From the IMG/VR virus record IMGVR_UViG_3300021600_000003, positions 83,249 to 129,865 of that record: a DNA stretch of 46,617 bases. One strand, given 5' to 3'. The position numbers and the translations under genes are program-made. The DNA is from a virus. Taxonomy: Duplodnaviria > Heunggongvirae > Uroviricota > Caudoviricetes. Shown one piece after another: positions 24,981-35,571 of this stretch (its first letter is position 1; every line of letters starts with the position of its first letter). Under the pieces are notes generated by a model. The model saw nothing but the letters and a program-made list of their open reading frames with translations, made no database searches and was not told where the DNA came from.

Positions 24981-25517
24981 ATGGATATAATTAGTATACC
25001 ACTTGGAATATTAATATTAATATTCTTTGTCATGTGTTTACCAAACAATAAAAATATGGAAAAAACTAAAGAATCTCCAGAAACTGGAGATAAACCAACA
25101 AAAGAAGAAATTAGTGCTGTAACTGATACTATCTTAGGGTGTATGGCACAAAGATTTGAGGAAAATCAGAAAAAACCATTTCAGTATGTAGTAGCATATT
25201 ATGACAAGAACGATAATTTTCTTGGATATCATGATAGCACTTTCTGTACTCTTACTCAAAAGAAAGAACAAGGAAAACGTTATAGCGGTGAAAACCCTTA
25301 TAATCAGTTAGCTATAATTCGTAAAAACCTTGATTATACATTAAATATGACTGAGGAGAAAACTGAAGGAAAAATATTTGCTAAACTCAACCTACAAACT
25401 AAAGAACAACACTTCCCAAATTTAGGGGTAGAAGATGTCTTTATTGAGGCTGAATATCTTGAGGAAGGTATAGCACCTCAACGTTTTGTATGGAAAGAAA
25501 TAACCACAGATGACTGA
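24981..25517 (+). CDS. Hypothetical protein (N-terminal TM or later start MEKTKE)
   Basis: ORF track. Confidence 0.7.
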   Translation: MDIISIPLGILILIFFVMCLPNNKNMEKTKESPETGDKPTKEEISAVTDTILGCMAQRFEENQKKPFQYVVAYYDKNDNFLGYHDSTFCTLTQKKEQGKRYSGENPYNQLAIIRKNLDYTLNMTEEKTEGKIFAKLNLQTKEQHFPNLGVEDVFIEAEYLEEGIAPQRFVWKEITTDD

Positions 25518-25908
25518 TAAATATCTACAACCAAAAGCTAACTTCAATAGATTGTTAGCCGATTATATACGATATGGTAACTTAACTATTGGTTTTGATT
25601 TTGATGATACTGTATATGACTGTTATGGTAGTGGACACAATTATCCTCTAGTAAGACAGCTTCTAAGAGATTTAAAATCAATAGGTTGTACATTAGTATG
25701 TTGGACAGCTAATAAAGATTTAGCATTTGTTTCTAAATTTCTTGATGAGAATGATATACCTTTTGATAGTATCAATGAGGGAGGTATAGCTTTACCATGG
25801 GAAAGTAAAAAACCCTTCTTTTCTGCATTACTAGATGACCGAGCTGGTTTACTACAAGTATATACAGAACTGAGGGAATTTGTTGACATTATAAAAAAAG
25901 AGAAATGA
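25510..25908 (+). CDS. HAD-superfamily hydrolase-like protein
   Basis: DFDDT motif I, WTA motif II, LLDDR motif IV. Confidence 0.75.
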   Translation: MTDKYLQPKANFNRLLADYIRYGNLTIGFDFDDTVYDCYGSGHNYPLVRQLLRDLKSIGCTLVCWTANKDLAFVSKFLDENDIPFDSINEGGIALPWESKKPFFSALLDDRAGLLQVYTELREFVDIIKKEK

Positions 25909-26792
25909 AAGTAGGTGTTATAATTGGGAGATTTCAAAGTCCTTATATCCATCATGGATATGAGGACTTAATAGAATATATTAGGAAAAATAATGATAAG
26001 TTAGTTATAGTTGTTGGAGGAAATGAAACAAAGTTTACTAATAAAAATCCTCTATCTTTTGAAACTAGGAAGGTAATGTTATCAAAAACATATCCTTATG
26101 CAGATATTCTCTACTTACAGGATACACCTTTAGATAGTGATTGGAGTGCCTCTTTGGATTTACTATTGTCCCCATATAATAATGTTACCTTATATGGTAG
26201 TAGAGATAGTTTTATATCATGTTATACTGGAGTAAACAAAACTGAGGAGTATAACGCTGTTATAAATATATCTTCTAGTACTATCAGAGAGAAGATATCT
26301 AAAATACCTCCCTACAAACATAATAAATCATTCAGAAGTGGTATTGTTTATGCTGTTGAGAATAAATATCCTATTACATTTCCTACTGTAGATATTGCTA
26401 TAGTAAATGTTAGAAGAGATGAAATAATATTGGGAAAGAAACGTAATAATTCTAAATTATGCTTTCCGGGAGGATTTGTAGATAGAAAAGATAAATCTTT
26501 TGAGCATGCTGCTATACGAGAGTTTAGTGAAGAAGTAACTGATATAACAATACATAGCTTAAATTATGTATCTTCTCATCAAGTAGATGATTGGAGATAT
26601 AGAGGTTGCTCTGATGGAATTATAACTAGCTTTTTTACTGGAATAGGTTCAGGTATTCCAAAAGCAAGTGATGATTTAGAAACTGCTGAATGGTATAATA
26701 TCAAAGATTTTGATATAAATAACTTACAATCATGTCATCATGTATTATTTGAATCATTAATAAAATATTTACAAATAAAATATTCAATATGA
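25905..26792 (+). CDS. nadM: Bifunctional NMN adenylyltransferase / Nudix (ADP-ribose pyrophosphatase), NadM-Nudix type
   Basis: IGRFQSPYIHHGY, NPLSF..RK.M, ISSSTIRE; Nudix box FPGGFVD...AAIREFSEE. Confidence 0.9.
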   Translation: MKVGVIIGRFQSPYIHHGYEDLIEYIRKNNDKLVIVVGGNETKFTNKNPLSFETRKVMLSKTYPYADILYLQDTPLDSDWSASLDLLLSPYNNVTLYGSRDSFISCYTGVNKTEEYNAVINISSSTIREKISKIPPYKHNKSFRSGIVYAVENKYPITFPTVDIAIVNVRRDEIILGKKRNNSKLCFPGGFVDRKDKSFEHAAIREFSEEVTDITIHSLNYVSSHQVDDWRYRGCSDGIITSFFTGIGSGIPKASDDLETAEWYNIKDFDINNLQSCHHVLFESLIKYLQIKYSI

Positions 26793-28189
26793 GAAAAAAT
26801 ATAACTATTGATACTGATGCCTATAAGATAACTCATTGGCTTCAGCGTCCTCAAAACATAACAAAACTCTATAGCTATGGTGAACCTAGAGTAGGTGGAA
26901 AAGATAAAGAAATATGTTTCTTTGGATTATCTCCAGCTATACAAGAGCACTTATTGTTTCCAGTAACTAATGAAATGATTGAGGAAGGTATTGAAGAATG
27001 TATCTCTACTTTTGGTACTCCTGCCTATTTTAATAAGGCAGTTTGGGAGAAAGTAAGAGATTTAGGATACTTTCCTATTAAAATTATGAGTGCTCCAGAA
27101 GGAATGATAATTGGGGAAGGAAATGTTTGCTTTACTATAGAGAGCACTGAGCCATGGTTTGCTAATATGATAAGTCACTTTGAGGATATCTTAATGTGGG
27201 TATGGTACGCTACTGGCGTTTGTACTAGAAGTATGAATATCAAGAGAGGTATTAGACCAGCTTTTGAGAAGTCTTCTGATATTGGTAATTTAATATTACC
27301 TGTAGCAGTAAATGATTTTGGTTTAAGAGGAGCTACTTATCATGAGGGTGCTATAATGGGAGGAATGGCTCATTTAGTACATTTTGTGGGTAGTGATAAT
27401 ATGCCAGCTTCTAGGATGATAAAGGACTTTTATAATTATAAGGGTCGTGCAAAGAGTGTTTGGGCAACTGAACATTCTGTAGCAACAAGCTATGGTAATG
27501 GAAGGGGAGAATATGATTATGTAATAGCTCAATTATCTCAACATACTGACAAAATTAAGTCAATTGTTATAGATAGTTATGATGCAGATAACTTCATGCA
27601 GAATATTGTAGGAAGTGATGAAATCAAAAGATTAGTAATAGCTCATGAAGGAAGAATAGTTTGGAGACCAGATACTGGTAAACCTCTCACTAACGTATGC
27701 AAGTATTCTGATGTTTTAGGTGCTATTTTTGGATTTGATATGAATAGCAAAGGTTATAAGACAATAAAACATAATACAGGCTTAATACAAGGTGATGGTA
27801 TGACAGAAGAAACTATACCTGAATTATATGATGAGTATATTAAAACGGGTTGGTCTGCTGATAATATCATTACAGGTTCTGGTGGAGGATTACTAGAAGA
27901 AGGGTTAACAAGGGATACTCAAAGATGGGCTATTAAGGCTTCCTATGGAGAAAAAGATGATATTCCCTTTGATATACGTAAAACTCCAAAGAATGATATG
28001 TCCAAACAAAGTAAAGGTGGTAAAGTAAAATTGCATACTCCTCATACTACTCTTGAGTCCTCTAAAGAGACAAAGATAATGTTTGATGCATATCAGAACT
28101 TATTAATACCTGTATATGATAATGGAAAGTTCTACAAACAGAATTTTGAGGATATTATAGAAAGAGCTAATAAAGACTATTATACTTAA
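26789..28189 (+). CDS. nadV: Nicotinamide phosphoribosyltransferase
   Basis: DTDAYKITHW, DFGLRG, HLVHFVGSD, ATEHSV, IVIDSYD, WRPDTG, IQGDG. Confidence 0.92.
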   Translation: MRKNITIDTDAYKITHWLQRPQNITKLYSYGEPRVGGKDKEICFFGLSPAIQEHLLFPVTNEMIEEGIEECISTFGTPAYFNKAVWEKVRDLGYFPIKIMSAPEGMIIGEGNVCFTIESTEPWFANMISHFEDILMWVWYATGVCTRSMNIKRGIRPAFEKSSDIGNLILPVAVNDFGLRGATYHEGAIMGGMAHLVHFVGSDNMPASRMIKDFYNYKGRAKSVWATEHSVATSYGNGRGEYDYVIAQLSQHTDKIKSIVIDSYDADNFMQNIVGSDEIKRLVIAHEGRIVWRPDTGKPLTNVCKYSDVLGAIFGFDMNSKGYKTIKHNTGLIQGDGMTEETIPELYDEYIKTGWSADNIITGSGGGLLEEGLTRDTQRWAIKASYGEKDDIPFDIRKTPKNDMSKQSKGGKVKLHTPHTTLESSKETKIMFDAYQNLLIPVYDNGKFYKQNFEDIIERANKDYYT

Positions 28190-28299
28190 CAGTATATTAT
28201 CTTAGTTAGGACGGTAAGATATTCTTTCCGTCCTTTTTTATGTCAAATAGTCATCCAAATAATTTGGAACTGACACACAAACAATCTAAATTTGTATTT

Positions 28300-28503
28300 A
28301 TGGAAAAAGAAATTGTATCACTATTTACTGTTACTAGTTATAAGACTGGTAAACAAATTGAGGAAGCTATTCATGGAGATGGTCAAGAAGCTATTAAATT
28401 TTTACGCACTCAATACCCACGTCATACTAAATTCGTTTTAGAAGGATTTGAGTTAGATGGAACATTTATGCCTCTATATATTAAAAATCGTAATCATGAT
28501 TAA
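28300..28503 (+). CDS. Small hypothetical protein
   Basis: ATG at 28300 within ORF 28240..28503. Confidence 0.6.
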   Translation: MEKEIVSLFTVTSYKTGKQIEEAIHGDGQEAIKFLRTQYPRHTKFVLEGFELDGTFMPLYIKNRNHD

Positions 28504-29125
28504 TATTGGAAAGTACACAAGGATTCTAAATGAGGGATTATTACTAGATCACTATTCTGTTTTATGTAGTATCAGGGATGGTAGTGTATTACCTAAAAGT
28601 ATGAGAATCAATGGTTTTATTAATCTTTTACATAAAAAAGGTTATTTAGAGGATGGTAGCCTTACTGATTTAGCTATTTCTCTAGTAGAAAATGATACAG
28701 TTATTTCTATGCAGAAAGTAATGGAACCTATTACTACTACCAGTACAATTAATATAAAAGAAGAATTTGATTTTACTTTGTGGGTATTACGTTTACATGA
28801 GAAGTTAGTTAAGAAAATCTATGATCAAACAGGTAAAAGACAAGTTAGAGATAAGATACAAGGAACATCTTATTCTTTCTTACCTAATTCTACGGACTTA
28901 GGAAAGGTAATTGTCAGAGCTATAAATGCTTATAAATTAACTGATTATGATAAGATTGAGAAATGTCTACTTAGATATGTAGATAGGAAAATTAAGGAAG
29001 ATACTTGGTTTCCAATATTAGGTTACTATATTATGAAAAAAGATATGTCTGCTATGGTAACCGATATGGAAAATATGGATGATGATGATAAAAGTAGTAA
29101 TAATGATTCAACAGTAAATATATGA
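28496..29125 (+). CDS. Hypothetical protein preceding the helicase
   Basis: ORF coupled on both sides. Confidence 0.75.
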   Translation: MINIGKYTRILNEGLLLDHYSVLCSIRDGSVLPKSMRINGFINLLHKKGYLEDGSLTDLAISLVENDTVISMQKVMEPITTTSTINIKEEFDFTLWVLRLHEKLVKKIYDQTGKRQVRDKIQGTSYSFLPNSTDLGKVIVRAINAYKLTDYDKIEKCLLRYVDRKIKEDTWFPILGYYIMKKDMSAMVTDMENMDDDDKSSNNDSTVNI

Positions 29126-30207
29126 GTGAATTTGATAAGCTAAATGAAGAAGTATTAGATGGGATGGAAGGTAAAAATGAAGCTATTCCTATTGGATTAC
29201 CTCGTTTGGGTAAATATGCCAATTGGAGAAAGCGTATTTTTACTTTACTGTTCTCATCTACTGGAGCAGGAAAGAGTAGTTTAGCAGATGATATGATGCT
29301 AAATGCTTGTGATTGGTGTATAAAAAATATATCATCTGGGAGAAAGATAAAGTTTATTCTTTTCTCTATGGAGAGAAGTAGACACTTGCGTATTGCTAAA
29401 TGGGTAAGTAGGAAGATTTTTATTGATACAGGAACAACTATTCCAGTACCTAAGTTGTTAGGATGGTGGAAAGAGAAAATGACAGAGGATGAATATAAGT
29501 TATTTACCCAATATCAGGATTATATTGCAAGATTACTTGATGAATTTATTGATATATATGATGGTGCTCGTAGTGCTGTTGATATCTATCGGATAATGAA
29601 AGAGTATCATGCTGAAAATGGAGTATATATACAAGATCCTGATAATACATATAAGAAAATCTATGTTGCAAATGACCCTAATATCATTGTAGTTCCTATT
29701 ATAGATACTGGTAATCTAACTAAACGTACTAAAGATCATCCTAGTAAAAAGCTATCTGTAGACTTACTATGTGAGTTTATGCAGGGTTTTAGAGATTTAG
29801 AGGGAGATTCTCCTTTCTGGATATCTCAAGTAGGCAGAAGTATGTCTAATCCTATGCGTTTAAAGGATACTGAAGCTGAATTAACATTGGATGATGTTAA
29901 GGAAAGTGGTGATATGGGAGATGCTTGTGATATTGCTTTGTCTTTATTTGATCCTATTAAATATAAACAAGGTAGTAAAACAGGTTATAATCCTATGGAT
30001 TTTCTTGATAGAGATAATGGAGCTACATATTTCCGTTCTATCCAGATATGTAAATCATCTTATGGTGAAGATAATTTACGTATTCCTTTGGGTTTTAATG
30101 GTTTTTGTGGTCAATTTAAAGAGTTACCAAGAAAAGATACTCTTGATGAGAGACAATTACGTGACTTGACAGATTCTGTCAAAAATAAAAGTTATTTTTT
30201 AAGTTAA
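29122..30207 (+). CDS. DnaB-like replicative helicase
   Basis: Walker A STGAGKSS, FSMER, IIDT, WISQVGRS, DVKESGD. Confidence 0.85.
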   Translation: MSEFDKLNEEVLDGMEGKNEAIPIGLPRLGKYANWRKRIFTLLFSSTGAGKSSLADDMMLNACDWCIKNISSGRKIKFILFSMERSRHLRIAKWVSRKIFIDTGTTIPVPKLLGWWKEKMTEDEYKLFTQYQDYIARLLDEFIDIYDGARSAVDIYRIMKEYHAENGVYIQDPDNTYKKIYVANDPNIIVVPIIDTGNLTKRTKDHPSKKLSVDLLCEFMQGFRDLEGDSPFWISQVGRSMSNPMRLKDTEAELTLDDVKESGDMGDACDIALSLFDPIKYKQGSKTGYNPMDFLDRDNGATYFRSIQICKSSYGEDNLRIPLGFNGFCGQFKELPRKDTLDERQLRDLTDSVKNKSYFLS

Positions 30208-30217
30208 AAATATTATT

Positions 30218-30451
30218 ATGAAAGAAGGAGATAATGTCATTTTATATGATATAAAAACAGAAAAGGAATGGGATACAATAGGATTTGTTAATTTAACAGA
30301 TTATGGATTAAAAATAGGAGAAACTTATACTATACATAGTATAAGTAGCAATACTCTTCAATTAGTAGAAGATACGTACAAATGGAATATTCCGTTTATT
30401 TGTTTTAGTGAACCTATACCATCTATAATCGATAATTATGAATTAATATGA
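30218..30451 (+). CDS. Small protein with C-terminal tag (..IIDNYELI)
   Basis: MKEGDNV KOW-like start; shared tail. Confidence 0.75.
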   Translation: MKEGDNVILYDIKTEKEWDTIGFVNLTDYGLKIGETYTIHSISSNTLQLVEDTYKWNIPFICFSEPIPSIIDNYELI

Positions 30452-30696
30452 GAAACGAAAATATTGGACAAAAAATCCGATTTGTACGAAAACCTACTTC
30501 TGATGAATGGAAAGGAATAGGTGAAATACCATTTTCAAAAAGACTTGAAGAAGCTATAGAAAAAGGTTTACCATTAATACTTCAGGATATTCATAATCAC
30601 TTTAATAGTATATATATAGAAGGAGAAGATGGCTGGTGGCCTATAGTTTGTTTTGAGTTGTATAGTGCTATAAAGGACAATTATTCTATATTTTAA
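30448..30696 (+). CDS. Small protein with C-terminal tag (..IKDNYSIF)
   Basis: Shared tail; stop overlaps the helicase ATG. Confidence 0.8.
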   Translation: MRNENIGQKIRFVRKPTSDEWKGIGEIPFSKRLEEAIEKGLPLILQDIHNHFNSIYIEGEDGWWPIVCFELYSAIKDNYSIF

Positions 30697-31769
30697 TGAG
30701 AGAACAAAGACAAAAAGATGCCGTCAGAGCTTATATTAACTCTGACGGCAAAAGTATTATTTATGCTGCTCCTCGATTTGGAAAGATTAAGGTAGCTATA
30801 GATATTATGAAGGAAAAGAAATATAGTAATCCACTTATAGTAGCTCCTCGAAAGGATATTAAGGTAGGATGGACAGATGACTTAAAGAAATGGGGATATA
30901 GTGGAGTAATGACTTTTTGTACATTTGCCTCTATAAAGAAAATGGTAGGTACAGGATATCTTTATGATATTCTTATCATTGATGAACCTCATGAGCTATC
31001 TGCTAATCAACAGTCACTTCTTAAGCCTCTTGTAGATAATTTGCCTACTTTAGGATTAACAGGAACAATGACTAACAAAACAGCTAATGAGTTGTATGAT
31101 ACTTTAGGATTAGATACTTGTTATAAGTATACTATTGATCAAGCTGTTAGAGAAGGAATATTAGCAGACTATGATATATTTATTCATAGAGTTTCTCTAG
31201 ATAATAGAAGATATGTCTACTCATCCTCTAAAGGAAAGAAGTATACAGAGAAAGGATATTTTGATTTGTTTATGTTCGTTAGACAAAGAGCTAAGATGAA
31301 GCATTTTATCGATATGAAATTGATTAATATTATTCAAAATTCTCATGCAAAACTAGAGAAAACTAAACAATTACTTGAACAATTTACTAGAGATAGAATA
31401 TTAGTATTCTGTGGTACAACAAAGACTGCAGATAATTTAGGTATACCCGTCTATCACTCTAAATCTAAAGAGACAGAAATCTTCTCGTCATTCTGTAAAG
31501 GTATAAATTATGATCAACTTGCTACTATTAAAATGATGCAGGCAGGTATTACAATTTCTCCTATCCATAAAGGAATTTTAAACTATACCTCTGGTAATCC
31601 AGAAGATTGTGCACAGAAGATATGTCGTTTTCTAGGTTTTGAGTATGCTAATCCTGACAAAAAGGCAGAGTTACATATCATCTCTAGTAATGAATTATTT
31701 GAAATAGATAGGCTTAAAACAGCTCTATTATTTTTTGACCAAACAAAAATACAAATATGTGTCTATTAA
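30696..31769 (+). CDS. Superfamily 2 helicase
   Basis: AAPRFGKI (I), IIDEPH (II), LGLTGT (III), QKICR (VI-like). Confidence 0.85.
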   Translation: MREQRQKDAVRAYINSDGKSIIYAAPRFGKIKVAIDIMKEKKYSNPLIVAPRKDIKVGWTDDLKKWGYSGVMTFCTFASIKKMVGTGYLYDILIIDEPHELSANQQSLLKPLVDNLPTLGLTGTMTNKTANELYDTLGLDTCYKYTIDQAVREGILADYDIFIHRVSLDNRRYVYSSSKGKKYTEKGYFDLFMFVRQRAKMKHFIDMKLINIIQNSHAKLEKTKQLLEQFTRDRILVFCGTTKTADNLGIPVYHSKSKETEIFSSFCKGINYDQLATIKMMQAGITISPIHKGILNYTSGNPEDCAQKICRFLGFEYANPDKKAELHIISSNELFEIDRLKTALLFFDQTKIQICVY

Positions 31770-31911
31770 TAAAGGAGTAAAAAGATATACCACTTTGCAG
31801 ATAGTTCTAATCAAACTTGGATTGTATAAATGATTGATTATCAATAAAAAATTTTAGTTAGAAAAATGATAAAAACTTGTATAAAAGTTAGGAAAATGCA
31901 GTGAAAATGTG

Positions 31912-31919
31912 TATATTTG
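31912..31919 (+). promoter_or_regulatory. Bacteroidota -7 promoter box
   Basis: TATATTTG followed by C, about 30 nt upstream of the ATG at 31951. Confidence 0.6.
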
Positions 31920-31950
31920 CTATTCAATAAGTAAACATTTACTATATAAT

Positions 31951-32757
31951 ATGGCAGGAAAACAAATTGTAGAAACAAGAAAACCTGATGGTGATTTTGA
32001 ATTACCAGATGGACTAACAGTACCAGAGATTAACATGCAATCATGTATTTTATTTGGATTACCTAAATGTGGAAAAACTACTCTTTTATCTTTATTACCA
32101 GATTGTCTAATTATTGATACCGAAAATGGTACCAATAAGATTAGTGCTTTGGTAAAGAAAGTTCCAGAGGATAGGGGTCCAGTAGGTAGAATGAGATGGC
32201 TTGATGAGTTTGCAGATTACCTTATAGCAAAAGGTAAACCTTATGACTATGTAGCTATTGATACATTAACAGAAGTTAATGATATGGCAGAGTGGAGTGG
32301 AACATATCGTTATATGAACAGTCCACAAGGTAAATCATTTAACAGAGTTGATGGTGAAAAAGGTGGTCAAATGCTTAAACCAGTAGATGATGGATATGAA
32401 AGTGTTCATACTATTGGAGAGGGATTTGGCTACAGATGGTCAAGAGAAGATACTATGCGTGTCTTTGAGAAATACATGAGAGTAGCTAAGAAGTGTGTCT
32501 TCTTTGTTTGTCACGTAGAGGATAAGTATATTGCTTTGAAGGAGAATACAGATGTATTAGTTCCCAAGCAGTTAGCTTTGACAGGAAAATTAAGAAACAT
32601 TTTACCAAGAAAGGTAGATGCTATTGGTTATGTGTACAATGAAGATGGTACTATTAAAATCAACTTTACAGGAAGTGAGGAAAGAGTAGGAGGAAGCAGA
32701 GCTGTTCATCTACAAGGCTACAACGATGTAGCAGATTGGAACAAAATCTTTATTTAA
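31951..32757 (+). CDS. AAA-family ATPase, Sak4-like single-strand annealing/recombination protein
   Basis: GLPKCGKTT, IDTENG, AIDTLT, FVCHVEDK, VDAIGY. Confidence 0.8.
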   Translation: MAGKQIVETRKPDGDFELPDGLTVPEINMQSCILFGLPKCGKTTLLSLLPDCLIIDTENGTNKISALVKKVPEDRGPVGRMRWLDEFADYLIAKGKPYDYVAIDTLTEVNDMAEWSGTYRYMNSPQGKSFNRVDGEKGGQMLKPVDDGYESVHTIGEGFGYRWSREDTMRVFEKYMRVAKKCVFFVCHVEDKYIALKENTDVLVPKQLALTGKLRNILPRKVDAIGYVYNEDGTIKINFTGSEERVGGSRAVHLQGYNDVADWNKIFI

Positions 32758-32810
32758 CTAACAAATCCTCTCGAAAGAGAGGTTCGACATTGTAAATTAA
32801 CAACCAATAT

Positions 32811-33371
32811 ATGGCAACATTTAGCAAACTCAAACCCACTACTAAATTGAGTGAAACTCAGTTTTATAGTGTAGAGAAGATTACAGGCAACAAAGTACAG
32901 TTGCGGAATGATTTAGGTGATGTTATTACTGTTGATGATAAGTATGTAGAAGCATGCTTAGTATCTGCAGAAGAAATTATCACTGAAAAGATTATGTCAC
33001 GTACAGACTTGACTAATCTATTCTTAGTATCTACAAACGTAGCTTTGACAGTAAACTACAACAAACAAGTAGATCCAAAAGAAGTAAAAACTCAATTACA
33101 TTCTCTTTATCCTAATAAGGGTGGAAAGATACTGTCAGAAATTGATTACCAGAAAAAAGTTAACAGTCTATTATCTACTGCTCTTGAGGGAGAAGAAAGA
33201 ACTATGATTGGAAGACATTATGGTAGTAAAGATGAATTTGGTAGAGTACGTTTTATTGATATGGAACTGACAACAGATCCATCTAAAGATTATGATACTC
33301 GTCAAAGGTTAGTAGATACTCGTACAATTAACTGGTTAATTCTACGTGGTGTAAAGTACAAAGTAAAGTAA
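32811..33371 (+). CDS. Hypothetical replication-module protein
   Basis: 186-aa ORF. Confidence 0.8.
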   Translation: MATFSKLKPTTKLSETQFYSVEKITGNKVQLRNDLGDVITVDDKYVEACLVSAEEIITEKIMSRTDLTNLFLVSTNVALTVNYNKQVDPKEVKTQLHSLYPNKGGKILSEIDYQKKVNSLLSTALEGEERTMIGRHYGSKDEFGRVRFIDMELTTDPSKDYDTRQRLVDTRTINWLILRGVKYKVK

Positions 33372-33451
33372 ACTTTGCCTGTTCTTAAGTGACTTCCCCC
33401 GTAAGGGAAGCCCTCGGGTTACAATATCGTAACCACTTAAAAAACAATAAT

Positions 33452-34429
33452 ATGGCAGTAAAAGGAAGACAAAAAGAACAAAAAGAGTTTACAAACAAAC
33501 TATTTGTTGGCTTTACAGCAGTTAAAGTAATTGCAGTAAATCCTACCAGAGAAGAACTCAACAAGATTTTGGGAAAAGAAGACAGTCAAGAAGACAAAGC
33601 AATTACGTATTTAGGAAGTGACCAAGAAGGTAATGACCGTATGCGTATTTTATTTGTACTAAAGGATGACAAAAATGAGAAAATCTTCTTCCATTCATTT
33701 AATCTTACTAACAAAGTAAGAAAGAATAAGGAAGGGGACAAATGTCAGATTGTTAATTCCACTTGCTCTACTAGTTGGGCACCATTTATCAAAGCACTTG
33801 ATAAAAAAGGTAAAGCTATTCTAGATGAGAATGGTAAAGAAACGTATACTGAGAAAGTGAATGCTGAACTCATTCAAGATTGGTTTGCAAACTTTACTAA
33901 CAAGGAAAAGGAAGTTCTTGGTCCAAAGAAATGGAGAGAAGCCTTATCTGGTGAAGAAGAGTTAGTTACATTACTTAGAAGTTGGCTTGGAAGGCTAGAC
34001 TTTATGGATCCTGAAACTGAAGTATTTGTTGATACAGCTAAACTGTTCAAGGAAAACTTCAAAGAGTTAAGGGAGCTTATTAGTTTAGACGAATCAGGTA
34101 ACTTTACAGATGGTGGATTAGATACCCCATTTGTAGTACTATTAGGTGTAAGAACTGATGAAGATGATGCTACTAAAAAGTATCAACAAATATGGGGTAA
34201 AGCATTCTTACCTGCAGGATTCATGAAGTATATCAATAACGACATGAAGTTTCCTACAGACTATTCTAAGAAAATCTTTAAGAAATTCAAGGAAGAAGTT
34301 GAAGGTGATTATGGCTTTAATGGCTATACAGAGTTGGTACCTTTGATAGAGTATGATGAAGCTAAAGACATTGCTGGTAGTGCTACTACTGGTAAAGAAA
34401 TAGCTGCACCTACATCTGGAGATTACTAA
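33452..34429 (+). CDS. Putative single-stranded DNA-binding protein
   Basis: GFTAVKVIAVNPTREEL start, acidic tail, position between Sak4-like ATPase and primase; function is inferred. Confidence 0.55.
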   Translation: MAVKGRQKEQKEFTNKLFVGFTAVKVIAVNPTREELNKILGKEDSQEDKAITYLGSDQEGNDRMRILFVLKDDKNEKIFFHSFNLTNKVRKNKEGDKCQIVNSTCSTSWAPFIKALDKKGKAILDENGKETYTEKVNAELIQDWFANFTNKEKEVLGPKKWREALSGEEELVTLLRSWLGRLDFMDPETEVFVDTAKLFKENFKELRELISLDESGNFTDGGLDTPFVVLLGVRTDEDDATKKYQQIWGKAFLPAGFMKYINNDMKFPTDYSKKIFKKFKEEVEGDYGFNGYTELVPLIEYDEAKDIAGSATTGKEIAAPTSGDY

Positions 34430-34450
34430 GGATTTTGTACGAAAAGTGAA

Positions 34451-34479
34451 GGAGGGCTCAGAAATGGGCTCTCCTTTTT
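34451..34479 (+). terminator. Intrinsic terminator
   Basis: GGAGGGCTC-AGAAAT-GGGCTCTCC plus T-run. Confidence 0.8.
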
Positions 34480-34536
34480 ATTTAACTTAAAAATTTATAA
34501 TATGTGTTTTTATATATTATTATAAACCATGTTAAT

Positions 34537-35571
34537 ATGATAAAAGGAAGATTAAAAGTTAAACCTCTAGAGAAAGAAGATATACTACGGAGAATTACTC
34601 CGTATGATATTTACCGTCTATATCAGGGATCATTCAAACTGAATGATGTTTGTGTAAATTATCATAGAGGGGAGAAAAACCCTTCTCTTATTATAAGTAC
34701 TCGTCTGTCTAGTCAGCTTCGACATAAGGATTTTGGAGATAAAGACTGGAGTGGAGACTGTTTTAATTTTGTACAACAGATTCATAGATGTGACTTTGGT
34801 ACGGCTTTAAAGATTATCGATAGAGACTTCTGTCTAGGACTTACAAATGGAAAAGTAGTTAATAATAAACAAATCATTACTTGGGGACAACCTGAGGTTG
34901 AGGAAAAACGTCCTCCACTTTTTCAGATAATTTATTATTCTCATATGTCTAGACAAGCTTTAGATTATTGGAAGAAATTTGGAGTTACTGAAGCAGATTT
35001 AAGAAAAGAACATATATATCAGCCAGCAGAAATTTGGAGAAATAGGAAGAAGATACCTATGGGTAATTTAATGACATTTGCTTATCATTATCCTGAAATA
35101 GATAAATGGAAGATATATCGACCATTTGCTCCAAAGAGAACAGAGAGTACTCCTATCAATCAATGGAAGTGGGATAGTAATGTTCCCTTTGATTATATCG
35201 ATAATATGTCAGCCATCAAAGGTGACTGTACAGCTATGTTCCTTGCTAAGAGTAAGAAGGATAGATTAGTATTAATGAATGCGTTAGGTACTGATTGTAT
35301 TGCTGATGTTCAGGCAGAAGATGCAGGATGTCTTACATTTGAGAATTTGGAACAATTTAAGACAGTTGATAAAAGGTATATTATCTCTGATAATGATAAA
35401 AAGGGCAAAGAGTTCTCTTGGTGGTTAACAAAGGAGCACGGCTTTAAGCACGTAAATGTTCCAGATAAGTATCTTCTTGAGACTCCAAAGTGTACAGATT
35501 TTGCAGACTTATGCTATCATCATGGTATGGAAGCAGTTATTAGTTACTTTAAAACAAAACAGATTATATGA
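34537..35571 (+). CDS. DNA primase (crAss-like, Toprim)
   Basis: Degenerate Zn-binding region (CVNYHRGEKNPS, DFG..SGDCF); AKSKKD; ISDNDKKG. Confidence 0.8.
   Translation: MIKGRLKVKPLEKEDILRRITPYDIYRLYQGSFKLNDVCVNYHRGEKNPSLIISTRLSSQLRHKDFGDKDWSGDCFNFVQQIHRCDFGTALKIIDRDFCLGLTNGKVVNNKQIITWGQPEVEEKRPPLFQIIYYSHMSRQALDYWKKFGVTEADLRKEHIYQPAEIWRNRKKIPMGNLMTFAYHYPEIDKWKIYRPFAPKRTESTPINQWKWDSNVPFDYIDNMSAIKGDCTAMFLAKSKKDRLVLMNALGTDCIADVQAEDAGCLTFENLEQFKTVDKRYIISDNDKKGKEFSWWLTKEHGFKHVNVPDKYLLETPKCTDFADLCYHHGMEAVISYFKTKQII

Noticed and set aside
26771-26792. NMNAT-Nudix C-terminus (..QIKYSI) as a 14th tag
   Set aside because: It lacks the N/D and the terminal aromatic residue, and the Tyr spacing differs (third from the end, not fourth).
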